Positions 25,632 to 34,168 of a stretch of 64,000 nucleotides of DNA are shown one piece after another (position 1 is the first letter of the stretch; the number at the start of each line of letters is the position of its first letter). A model generated the notes under the pieces. The model made no database searches, was not told the origin of the DNA, and was given only the letters and a program-made list of their open reading frames with translations. Where the stretch lies: positions 34,095-98,094 of the forward strand of contig MFNS01000006.1 of the NCBI GenBank assembly GCA_001783805.1, given 5' to 3'. A program made the position numbers and the translations under genes. This DNA comes from Candidatus Levybacteria bacterium RIFCSPHIGHO2_01_FULL_40_16 (lineage in GTDB: Bacteria; Patescibacteriota; Microgenomatia; Levybacterales; UBA12049).

Positions 25632-27089
25632 ATGGATGAAAATATGATCTTCAAGCCCATTAATACTGTCCCTCAAGAGGCGGACATTCAGCCTGCCCGC
25701 CAGAGCCTTGCTCAGGCAAGTGCAGGCGGGCCTGAGATTCCGCCAAATAATCCAGTTATTGCACCAGTTCCATCTGAATTACAAAGTAGTCCTCCTCCGT
25801 CAATACTATTTAGGATTTTGAAAATTTTATTGGGAATAGCGATTGTTCTTGGCATTATTTTCTTCGTCTACAATATAATTTTGCCTAAGTTTTTTCCTTC
25901 CAAAATCAATCAGGCAACATTGACATATTGGGGATTGTTCGAAGATGCTTCAGTAATCGCTCCGATTATTGTAGATTTTGAAAAGGAACATCCGAATATT
26001 AAAATAGAGTATACCAAGCAAGACCTGGATCAATATAGGGATAAATTGGTAACCCGTTCTAATAATGGTAATGGTCCGGATATCTTTAGGTTCCACAATA
26101 CTTGGGTTCCTCAGCTTTCAGAGCTACTTTTGCCTCTTCCTCAGAGCGTTATCTCAAAAGAAGATTTTTCTAAAAATTATTATCCGGTCGTTAAGACAGA
26201 TCTCATAAAAAATGGGGCTATTTACGGTGTGCCTTTGCAAATAGACACCCTGAACCTTTTTATAAATAGAGATCTTTTTCAAGCAGCCGGTCTCAAGCCG
26301 CCTGGCACCTGGATAGAATTCGTAAAATACGCGAGACAACTGACTGTCAAGGATGGAAATAACAATATAAAAACAGCCGGAGCCGCAATGGGAACATTCA
26401 GCAATATAACTCATGCTCCCAATATAATCTCAATGCTTTTTGTCCAGAATGGCGTGAATCTCAATGATATATCCTCCAATCTTCCGGCTGCAGCTGAGGC
26501 CTTAAATTTTTACTCCTCCTTTGCCTTGCCCGCAGAGAACGTCTGGGATGATACCCTAGATGAATCAATTAAACTCTTTGCTTCGGGCTCCCTAGCCATG
26601 TATTTTGGTTATTCGGGAGATTTTTTTACAATAAAATCCATGAATCCAAACCTTTCATTTGACATTTATTCGGTACCGAGTTTGCCGGGGCAAAATGCAA
26701 CGATTGCCAGTTACTGGGCTGAGGGAGCATCTGTCAAAAGTAAACATCAAAAGGAAGCACTTCTTTTCCTGCAATATCTTACCCGAAAAGAAACAGCGCA
26801 AAAATTATTCACAGAAGAGTCAAAAACGAGAAATTTCGGTGAGCCATATGCCAGAGTTGATTTAGCAGATAGCTTGAAGGATTCCATTGCTTATCCTTTT
26901 GTCGGAGCAGCGCCCTCTGCGGTTTCTTCTTTCTTTGTTGACGGGACGTTTGACAACGGATTAAATTCCCAGATGAATAACAATTTAAGCAGTGCGGTAG
27001 ATTCTATGCTGAAAGGAACATCCCCGCAAACAGCTGCCGAAACTCTTTCTGCGGGAGTTTCGACAGTCCTAAAGCAATATGCCCAATAA
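25632..27089 (+). CDS. extracellular solute-binding protein (ABC transporter SBP family 1-like), membrane-anchored
   Basis: Pro-rich N-terminus, TM, SBP_bac_1-like fold; no adjacent permease or ATPase. Confidence 0.55.
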   Translation: MDENMIFKPINTVPQEADIQPARQSLAQASAGGPEIPPNNPVIAPVPSELQSSPPPSILFRILKILLGIAIVLGIIFFVYNIILPKFFPSKINQATLTYWGLFEDASVIAPIIVDFEKEHPNIKIEYTKQDLDQYRDKLVTRSNNGNGPDIFRFHNTWVPQLSELLLPLPQSVISKEDFSKNYYPVVKTDLIKNGAIYGVPLQIDTLNLFINRDLFQAAGLKPPGTWIEFVKYARQLTVKDGNNNIKTAGAAMGTFSNITHAPNIISMLFVQNGVNLNDISSNLPAAAEALNFYSSFALPAENVWDDTLDESIKLFASGSLAMYFGYSGDFFTIKSMNPNLSFDIYSVPSLPGQNATIASYWAEGASVKSKHQKEALLFLQYLTRKETAQKLFTEESKTRNFGEPYARVDLADSLKDSIAYPFVGAAPSAVSSFFVDGTFDNGLNSQMNNNLSSAVDSMLKGTSPQTAAETLSAGVSTVLKQYAQ

Positions 27090-28113
27090 CCTAATTGTCT
27101 GTGGAGGAACATTTGACCATTTTCACAAGGGACACGAAGCATTTTTGAATTATGTTTTTTCTGTTGGCAAAAAATATCTTGTTGGAATAACCAGCGATAA
27201 CTACGTAAAAAATTCAAAATTTAGAATTCAGAATCCAGAATTTATTGAACCTTTTGAAAAAAGAAAAGAATCAGTTTTGGAGTTTGTAAAAAAAGAAAAA
27301 GCTTTAAATAAAGTTGAGATCATTAAAATAGAGGATTTGTTTGGGCCCACTCTTTCTAAAGATCTAGTGATTGATGCAATTGTTGTGTCACAGGATTCAA
27401 AAGATGGAGCAGACATCATTAATCAAAAAAGAAAAGAGCTCAAGTTGGCTGCGCTTAAGGTCTTTGTTGTTCCTCCTGTTAATTCTGAGGACGGAAAGCT
27501 TATTTCGTCCGCGAGAATTAGGAACGGCGAAATAAATAGAGCAGGCAGACTCTATGTAAAACCGGTATGGCTTCAAAAAGATTTAATTCTCCCAAAAGAT
27601 TTAAGAGAAGAGTTTCATAAACCGTTTGGTGGATTATTTAAAGCTATTACAGATTCGAATATTCTCAAAAAGTCTTTGATAATTGCAGTCGGTGACGAAA
27701 CATCCAGAAATCTTAATAAGTTAGCTGTCAATCAAAGGCTCTCTGTGGTAGATTTTAAGGTTGCGCGAAAGAAAAAATTTTCCTCATTCCTAGATCTTGG
27801 TTTCTCAGGAAATGAGAAAGTTGTATTTGCAAATAATCCTGCAGGCCACATGACGCATGATCTTTTCTCAAAAATCTTAGATATTTTTAAATTCAGTTTT
27901 AGCAAGAGGATAATCTTAAAAATAGCAGGAGAAGAAGACCTTGCGGTTTTACCCTTAATCTTGGCAGCGCCTCTGGACACTGTCATTTATTATGGTCAGC
28001 CCCCACTTCGCTCTGCGAGCTACGCGGGGCAGGCAGGCATTATAAAAGTGGTAGTTACAGAACAAAGTAAAGAGCGCGCTTATGATCTAGCCTCAAGACT
28101 AAAGCCTATATAA
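27079..28113 (+). CDS. archaeal-type phosphopantetheine adenylyltransferase fused to DUF359-like (GTP-dependent dephospho-CoA kinase-like) domain
   Basis: N-terminus CGGTFDHFHKGH (cytidylyltransferase HxGH); C-terminal half resembles DUF359 (IAVGDETSRNL...VVDFK). Confidence 0.45.
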   Translation: MPNNLIVCGGTFDHFHKGHEAFLNYVFSVGKKYLVGITSDNYVKNSKFRIQNPEFIEPFEKRKESVLEFVKKEKALNKVEIIKIEDLFGPTLSKDLVIDAIVVSQDSKDGADIINQKRKELKLAALKVFVVPPVNSEDGKLISSARIRNGEINRAGRLYVKPVWLQKDLILPKDLREEFHKPFGGLFKAITDSNILKKSLIIAVGDETSRNLNKLAVNQRLSVVDFKVARKKKFSSFLDLGFSGNEKVVFANNPAGHMTHDLFSKILDIFKFSFSKRIILKIAGEEDLAVLPLILAAPLDTVIYYGQPPLRSASYAGQAGIIKVVVTEQSKERAYDLASRLKPI

Positions 28114-28129
28114 CTAATACTAGAGGTTA

Positions 28130-28158
28130 TTGACAAATATCCCCTAATATTATATATT
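28130..28158 (+). promoter_or_regulatory. candidate greA promoter (-35 TTGACA, 17 nt, -10 TATATT)
   Basis: Consensus hexamers upstream of leader hairpin. Confidence 0.5.
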
Positions 28159-28171
28159 TTTCATGCTAACA

Positions 28172-28205
28172 ATCCCTCGACACTAAAAATTTGAGGGATT
28201 TTTTA
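28172..28205 (+). terminator. intrinsic-terminator-like hairpin in greA 5' leader (ATCCCTC...GAGGGAT + T6)
   Basis: 7-bp stem, 13-nt loop, TTTTTT; ends 14 nt before greA ATG. Confidence 0.5.
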
Positions 28206-28218
28206 AGTATTAAAGGCT

Positions 28219-28689
28219 ATGGATACAAAAAAGATTTACTTAACAAAAGAAGGATTGGCAGAGCTCAAAAAAGAGTACGATGAGATTGTCAATGTAAAAA
28301 GACCGAATGTTTTGGCACGCGTTACTCAAGCCAGAAACATGGGTGATTTGTCGGAAAATGCGGAATATGTTGCCTCCCGCGAAGAACTGACTTTCATAGA
28401 CGGAAGAATAGACGAGTTGGAGATTATTCTTAAGCAAGCAGTGATTATAAGGGATAATGTTAAGGCGGCAAATCATGCGGTAAAGCTAGGATCTACGGTT
28501 ACATTGACCGTTAATGGCAAAAAAGAAATTTTCACAGTTGTTGGAGAGTGGGAAGCGGATCCGGAAAACAAGAAAATCTCGCATGAATCACCGCTTGGGA
28601 AAATGCTAATTGGTAAGAAAGTGGGAGATAAAGTTCAGGTTGAAGCTCCTGCCGGCAAAATCACTTACGCTGTCATCAGCGTAAAATAG
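28219..28689 (+). CDS. greA: transcription elongation factor GreA
   Basis: N-terminal coiled coil with acidic tip (DLSENAEY) and FKBP-like C-terminal domain. Confidence 0.85.
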   Translation: MDTKKIYLTKEGLAELKKEYDEIVNVKRPNVLARVTQARNMGDLSENAEYVASREELTFIDGRIDELEIILKQAVIIRDNVKAANHAVKLGSTVTLTVNGKKEIFTVVGEWEADPENKKISHESPLGKMLIGKKVGDKVQVEAPAGKITYAVISVK

Positions 28690-28690
28690 C

Positions 28691-29338
28691 CTAATTAAAT
28701 AGGGATTTAAGTATAGAAAAAGCCTTATTTACATCTTTATCCTCAAGTATCAAAGTGAATTCGGAAGCAGTGGAAACAATCTCAATAATATTTACTCCTT
28801 CCCAAGCAAGGGACTTTAAAAAAAAGTAGAATATTCCAGGAGTAACTACCGATTGATCAGGTAAATTTATTGTAATTGAAGACAGATTGTTGAATTCAGA
28901 AATTGTTTTTTCATGCTTAAGAATCTCTTTTATCTGACTTGCTATGTCATTGCTTGCGATTATTGTCGATTCAGATATTCCCTTTGAGAATGTTAAAAAG
29001 AATTTTTGTCCTCCGTTGAAGCTTAAAATTTGAGAGTATTTAGTTATAAGAGCTTCAGAGTTTATAAGGTTTATCTCGAAAAGATTCGACCTGATTATAA
29101 TAGTTGGTTTAGTTTTAAAAATATTTTTATATTTGGATTGTGGCTTCAAGTTTTTCTGCAGCCTATTAAGAGCCATAATCACGGATGATATATTAATTTC
29201 TTTAAGTAGCATTTCTTCGAGCTCAGGTTTGATGTATCGGGCGAGAGAGGAATTATTAATAAATCCTTTAGACATAGCCTCCGTAAGGTATCTGGATCTT
29301 TTAATTATGGTATTCGTAGCTTCAGGAACAGTAATCAT
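28691..29338 (-). CDS. hypothetical protein (ACT-like domains?)
   Basis: 215-aa ORF with alternating beta-alpha pattern; weak call. Confidence 0.3.
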   Translation of the reverse strand: MITVPEATNTIIKRSRYLTEAMSKGFINNSSLARYIKPELEEMLLKEINISSVIMALNRLQKNLKPQSKYKNIFKTKPTIIIRSNLFEINLINSEALITKYSQILSFNGGQKFFLTFSKGISESTIIASNDIASQIKEILKHEKTISEFNNLSSITINLPDQSVVTPGIFYFFLKSLAWEGVNIIEIVSTASEFTLILEDKDVNKAFSILKSLFN

Positions 29339-29442
29339 GTTTAAATTTTAACATAATATATAGTTTTTGTGAATATTTTATTAAAATTTGACACAGTAAT
29401 TAACCCTATTATAATTGTTTTGAAAGTTAATTTAATGATATA

Positions 29443-30375
29443 ATGTTAGAAGTGGAAAATACTGCGATGAAAAATGAAGGAAGAAACCCGCATCCTAAAA
29501 GAGATGATTTTCTTGAAAAAAGAATAAGAGGCCTAATAAGTGATCAGGCCTATTCGACGGAAATGGGCAGACGAATGTTTGCAGACGCTCGAAGACTTCA
29601 GGTAGATTATTTTAAAGATAGCTTATTGCATATAGATAATCCTAATTTAATCCACAAAAGCACCCAAAAATTACTGCACGATTTAGCAATAACTACGAAT
29701 GCTCATATAGTTGAAGGAGAAGAAATATTGAAGAAATTGCCTAAAGGCAGACCTATTTTTACAGAAACGAATCATTATAGTGGTTATAAATTAACGGCTA
29801 TAGATCAGTCAGAACTAGGCGTTAATTACCCTGAGATAGATGAGATTTTTCCATTCCCATTTTTCTATGCGCCTATGATTCCAGTAGCCGATGTGTTGGG
29901 GAATTATCTGTACGATGCGCATCTAGTGCTACCGGGAGAACTTAGGAAAATTCAAGAAGGAGCAGGTCTTTTAATTGTTCCGGAAGATGATGGCTCTTTT
30001 AATTCAATAAAGAGAGAAACAGAAAAAATGATTTCTCGACATCCTAATTCCTTGATAGTGATTTTTCCAGAAGGTGGCACATCCGGAAAAAGAAATATGG
30101 GTGGGCCATATGATATGGATCATTTTCATGGAGGATCGTTGGCTATTGCCGAAGCTTTAGGCGTTCCAGTTATTCCTGTTTATCAACGTTTTAATCCATA
30201 CAGTGGATTTGAAATAGGAATTTTAGAACCCGTTGATTTTAGTCATGCACCCAAGACCGAAGATTTGGGAGTAAAAAAAGCTTATTTTGCTGAATTAGCC
30301 GAAACTACCAGAGCAAAAATGCAGCAACATCTTAGTCAGAGAAAGCAATCTGCGGACGTTCCCTCCAATTCCTGA
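29443..30375 (+). CDS. hypothetical protein, acyltransferase-like (FPEGG motif)
   Basis: LIVIFPEGGTSGKRN resembles PlsC-family motif III; HxxxxD motif not clear. Confidence 0.3.
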   Translation: MLEVENTAMKNEGRNPHPKRDDFLEKRIRGLISDQAYSTEMGRRMFADARRLQVDYFKDSLLHIDNPNLIHKSTQKLLHDLAITTNAHIVEGEEILKKLPKGRPIFTETNHYSGYKLTAIDQSELGVNYPEIDEIFPFPFFYAPMIPVADVLGNYLYDAHLVLPGELRKIQEGAGLLIVPEDDGSFNSIKRETEKMISRHPNSLIVIFPEGGTSGKRNMGGPYDMDHFHGGSLAIAEALGVPVIPVYQRFNPYSGFEIGILEPVDFSHAPKTEDLGVKKAYFAELAETTRAKMQQHLSQRKQSADVPSNS

Positions 30376-30387
30376 TCTACTGCAATT

Positions 30388-31938
30388 TTGAGTGACAGCC
30401 TGTATAATATTGATATGTTTTGGGTGGATAGCGTAGCTGCAGAATTAAAAAAGAGAAAATTATCTCTGGAGTGGGTAGATGATATGAAAACCCCATCCGG
30501 CAGAATCCACGTTGGCGCTCTACGCGGTGTAGTAGTCCATGATTTGGTTTTCAAAGCATTAAAGGAGTTGGGTGTTAAGACAAAATACACTTATATTTTT
30601 GACAATCACGATCCAATGGACTCTCTGCCCGTATATCTTCAAAAAGAAAAATTTGAAAAATATCTGGGAATGCCGCTTTTTAAAATCCCTTCTCCAGCTG
30701 CTGGATTCAGCGACTATGCCCAGTATTATGCAAAAGAATTTATGGAAGTTTTTAATAAAATCGGCTGCCATCCTGAAATTTTATGGTCAACGGATTTATA
30801 TAAAAGCGGAAAAATGAACCCCCTGATAAAAGAATGTTTAGATGAGGCTTCCGAAATAAGAAAAATTTATGAAGATCTTTACAAGAAAAAAATTGACAAA
30901 AAATGGTATCCTTTTCAGCCGTATTGTCCAAATTGCAGTAAGGTTTCGACGACAAAAGTTTATAACTGGGATGGGGAAAAAGTTTCATTTACATGCGAAA
31001 TAGACGCTGTTGTCTGGACAAAAGGATGCGGATTTAAGGGGAAAATGTCACCTTTTAGTAATGAAAAAGGAATTGCAGGCAAGCTTTCCTGGAAAGTGGA
31101 GTGGGCTGCGAAATGGAAAGTTTTAGGCATAACCGTTGAAGGAGCAGGCGAAGATCATATGAGCAAGGGCGGATCGCATGATTTGGCAAGCCTTATCTGC
31201 GAAAGAGTGATTAATTATCCTGTTCCGTACCCTTTGCCTTATGCGTTTTTTTTAATAGGAGGCAGAAAGATGTCTTCTTCGAAAGGCCGCGGGTCGTCCG
31301 CTCCTGAAATGCTTGAAATTTTACCGCCGGAAATCCTGCGCTTCTTAATGGTAAAAACAAAAGTCAGTCAACAGATTAATTTTGATCCCAGCGAAGACAC
31401 TGTACCCAAACTTTTTGATGATTATCAAAAAGCAGCCGAGGCATATTTTGAAAAGAAAGATGAGAACCTAGCAAGGATTTTTAAATTATCGCAAATAGAT
31501 AAAGTAAAAAAACCACCGAGCATTAGATTCTCCGTTTTGGCACAATGGGTGCAAATGCCCAACATGGAAAAAGAAATAAAGAAGGAAAGTCTTGAGGAAT
31601 GGGAGTCTTATGCAAAAATTTGGGTTGAAAAATATGCTCCAAACGAAATTAAATTTTCTATCCAAGAAAAAATACCAGAGGCTTCTAAAAAACTTTCTCA
31701 AAAACAAAAAGAATATTTGCTTAAAGTCTCCTCATTTTTAGATAATAATTGGGACGCAGAGGAATTTCAAAAGAAACTTTATGAATGGGCAAAGGAGATA
31801 AGCTTATCCCCTACAGAAGCATTCCAAGCATTATATGTGTCGCTTATTGGTAAAGATTACGGACCAAAAGCAGCATGGCTAATTTTAAAACATAAAGATT
31901 TTGTAAAAAAACGGTTTCTTGACGCCGCTAATTCATGA
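30388..31938 (+). CDS. lysK: lysine--tRNA ligase, class I (archaeal type)
   Basis: Class I signatures: HVGALRG (HIGH-like) and KMSSSKG (KMSKS). Confidence 0.85.
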   Translation: MSDSLYNIDMFWVDSVAAELKKRKLSLEWVDDMKTPSGRIHVGALRGVVVHDLVFKALKELGVKTKYTYIFDNHDPMDSLPVYLQKEKFEKYLGMPLFKIPSPAAGFSDYAQYYAKEFMEVFNKIGCHPEILWSTDLYKSGKMNPLIKECLDEASEIRKIYEDLYKKKIDKKWYPFQPYCPNCSKVSTTKVYNWDGEKVSFTCEIDAVVWTKGCGFKGKMSPFSNEKGIAGKLSWKVEWAAKWKVLGITVEGAGEDHMSKGGSHDLASLICERVINYPVPYPLPYAFFLIGGRKMSSSKGRGSSAPEMLEILPPEILRFLMVKTKVSQQINFDPSEDTVPKLFDDYQKAAEAYFEKKDENLARIFKLSQIDKVKKPPSIRFSVLAQWVQMPNMEKEIKKESLEEWESYAKIWVEKYAPNEIKFSIQEKIPEASKKLSQKQKEYLLKVSSFLDNNWDAEEFQKKLYEWAKEISLSPTEAFQALYVSLIGKDYGPKAAWLILKHKDFVKKRFLDAANS

Positions 31939-32549
31939 AAAAGCTGCTTGTTGCTACGAGAAATGTTGGAAAATTAAAAGAAATTTCTAATTTTCTTTCA
32001 GACTTATCACTTAAAATTGTTTCACTTGATGATGTTGGGATTATTAAAGATATTGAAGAGAATGGAAAAACTTATGAAGAGAATTCTCAAAAGAAAGCCT
32101 TATTTTTTGCTAAGATTTCCAAATTGCCAACAATTGCGGATGATGGCGGAATAGAAATTTCAGCATTAGGCGGCGCGCCAGGAATAAAAAGCAAAAGATG
32201 GTTGGGAAAAGACTCAACAGATCAGGATATCATCAATCACATGACAAAAGTTGCAAAAGAATTACCCGACGACATTAAGGAAGCAAAGTTTAAAACCGTG
32301 ATCAGTTTAGCACTGCCAAATGGCAAAGTTTGGAGCGTTAACGGAGAAGTCAAGGGGATTATTGCCCAAAAACCATATTTAAGAGCGCTCAAGGGCTACC
32401 CTTATCGGTCTTTTTTCTATTTACCCAAAATAAAAAAGTATTACCATGAAGATCAATTGACCCAGGAGGAGGAAAAAGAATATAATCATAGATATAAGGC
32501 AGTTCAAAAATTAAAACCAATCCTTAGGAATGTATTAAGTATTATGTAG
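31935..32549 (+). CDS. rdgB: non-canonical purine NTP pyrophosphatase (RdgB/HAM1)
   Basis: MKKLLVATRNVGKLKE and SALGGAPGIKSKRW motifs. Confidence 0.8.
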   Translation: MKKLLVATRNVGKLKEISNFLSDLSLKIVSLDDVGIIKDIEENGKTYEENSQKKALFFAKISKLPTIADDGGIEISALGGAPGIKSKRWLGKDSTDQDIINHMTKVAKELPDDIKEAKFKTVISLALPNGKVWSVNGEVKGIIAQKPYLRALKGYPYRSFFYLPKIKKYYHEDQLTQEEEKEYNHRYKAVQKLKPILRNVLSIM

Positions 32550-32561
32550 CAAGTATTAAGC

Positions 32562-33857
32562 ATGATAGATTTAAACTTTTTAAGAAATAATCCGCAATTA
32601 ATTCAAAAGGCAGCGCTTGATAAAAATATTGACATTAACATTAATCATATTTTGGAAATAGATAAAAAGTACAAAGAATTGTCAATTTCCGTTCAGAAAC
32701 TCCGGGAGGAAAGGAATGTGCTAACGGAAAAAATTAAAAGAGATCCCAAGCAATTTGATAGAAAAGGCGCACAGAGCTTAAAGCAAAAATTAGAGAAAGA
32801 AGAAAAAGCACTTTCTGCAGTTTGGGAAGAATTAAAAATAGAATTACTTAAAATTCCAAATGTCCCAGCAGTAAATACGCCCATTGGTCCCAATAGTAAA
32901 TTCGATAAAGAAATTCGTAGGTGGGGAAAAATACCAAAATTTGATTTTCCAATAAAAAATCATATAGAAATTGGAAAGAATTTAGATATCTTAGATTTTG
33001 TTGCTGGGGCTAAAGTTTCCGGTTTTCGCGGTTATTATTTAAAAAACGAGGGGGCTTTATTACATTGGGCAGTTCTAAATTTTGCCTTTGCGAAAATGAT
33101 CTCACATGGATTTACCCCCATGGTTCCTCCGACCTTAATTCACGAATTCGTTTTGGTGGGAAGCGGTCATTTTCCATTTGGCAAACGAGATATTTATCAG
33201 ATTGCCAATCCCGGGAAATTAGAAAGCGGTGAGGAAATTAAAAACCCTATTTATTTAGGTGGAACTTCCGAACCTGCACTTCTGGCTTATTTTGCAGATA
33301 AAATTTTAACAGAAAAAGAATTACCTATTAAGATTTGTGCCCTTACCCAATGTTATCGGTCTGAGGTTGGGGATTACGGTAAAGATGTTAAAGGCTTATA
33401 TCGTATACACGAATTTACTAAAGTTGAACAAGTCGTAATTTGCAGGAATGATTTGAAAGAGTCAGAAAAACTACACCAGGAAATGCAGTCTATTTCGGAA
33501 GAGATTTTGCAAGAATTAGATCTTTCTTATCATGTTGTGCAAAATTCAACCGGAGATATGGGTGCAGGTAAATATAAAATGTTTGATATTGAAACTTGGA
33601 TGCCTGCACGAAATAATTACGGAGAAACTCATTCAAATTCTAATTTAACTGATTGGCAAGCACGCAGACTTAATATGAAATTTAAAGATCGAAAAGGAAT
33701 TGTTAATTATTGTTATACTTTAAACAATACAGTTATTGCTTCTCCAAGAATATTGATTGCAATCTTGGAAAATTATCAAAAGGCCGACGGAAGTGTTTTA
33801 ATTCCAAAAATTTTACAAAAATATTTAAACATAGAAAAAATAACTCCAAGTAAATAA
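32562..33857 (+). CDS. serS: serine--tRNA ligase
   Basis: N-terminal coiled coil; class II motifs (FRSEVG, GDYGKD). Confidence 0.9.
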   Translation: MIDLNFLRNNPQLIQKAALDKNIDININHILEIDKKYKELSISVQKLREERNVLTEKIKRDPKQFDRKGAQSLKQKLEKEEKALSAVWEELKIELLKIPNVPAVNTPIGPNSKFDKEIRRWGKIPKFDFPIKNHIEIGKNLDILDFVAGAKVSGFRGYYLKNEGALLHWAVLNFAFAKMISHGFTPMVPPTLIHEFVLVGSGHFPFGKRDIYQIANPGKLESGEEIKNPIYLGGTSEPALLAYFADKILTEKELPIKICALTQCYRSEVGDYGKDVKGLYRIHEFTKVEQVVICRNDLKESEKLHQEMQSISEEILQELDLSYHVVQNSTGDMGAGKYKMFDIETWMPARNNYGETHSNSNLTDWQARRLNMKFKDRKGIVNYCYTLNNTVIASPRILIAILENYQKADGSVLIPKILQKYLNIEKITPSK

Positions 33858-33858
33858 A

Positions 33859-33879
33859 TTTTCAATTTTTAATTGAAAA
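33859..33879. terminator. palindrome TTTTCAATT-ttt-AATTGAAAA just after serS stop
   Basis: Perfect 9-bp inverted repeat 2 nt after TAA. Confidence 0.4.
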
Positions 33880-34020
33880 ATGTTATTTTTTTGCCATCAT
33901 TTTTTTTGCTTGATTAACGCCCCAAACATTTATTTTTGAAGCAGAGCATTTTACTTGACAAATAAAAAAAAATTACTCAGGATAATAATTAGTATTTATA
34001 AAAAAGGAGGTGAATTCACA

Positions 34021-34071
34021 ATGGCAAGAAAAAAAGCAAAGAGAAAGAAGAGAAAGAAGAGAAAGAAGTAA
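34021..34071 (+). CDS. 16-codon poly-Lys/Arg small ORF (MARKKAKRKKRKKRKK) with strong SD; leader peptide or tiny basic protein
   Basis: AAAAAGGAGGTG 7 nt upstream of ATG; followed by terminator hairpin and then secA. Confidence 0.35.
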   Translation: MARKKAKRKKRKKRKK

Positions 34072-34112
34072 TTGGTAAGCAATTTGGAGTATTACCAATT
34101 GATCAGTTGGTA

Positions 34113-34150
34113 TCCCCTCTTTCTTAAAGAAAGAGGGGATTTTCTTTTTG
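34113..34150 (+). terminator. intrinsic-terminator-like hairpin (CCCCTCTTTC-ttaaa-GAAAGAGGGG + T-rich) 19 nt before secA ATG
   Basis: 10-bp perfect stem plus ATTTTCTTTTTG; 25-nt core identical to rnpB P3 hairpin (17471-17495). Confidence 0.55.
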
Positions 34151-34168
34151 TTGTGATAAAATAAGTAT

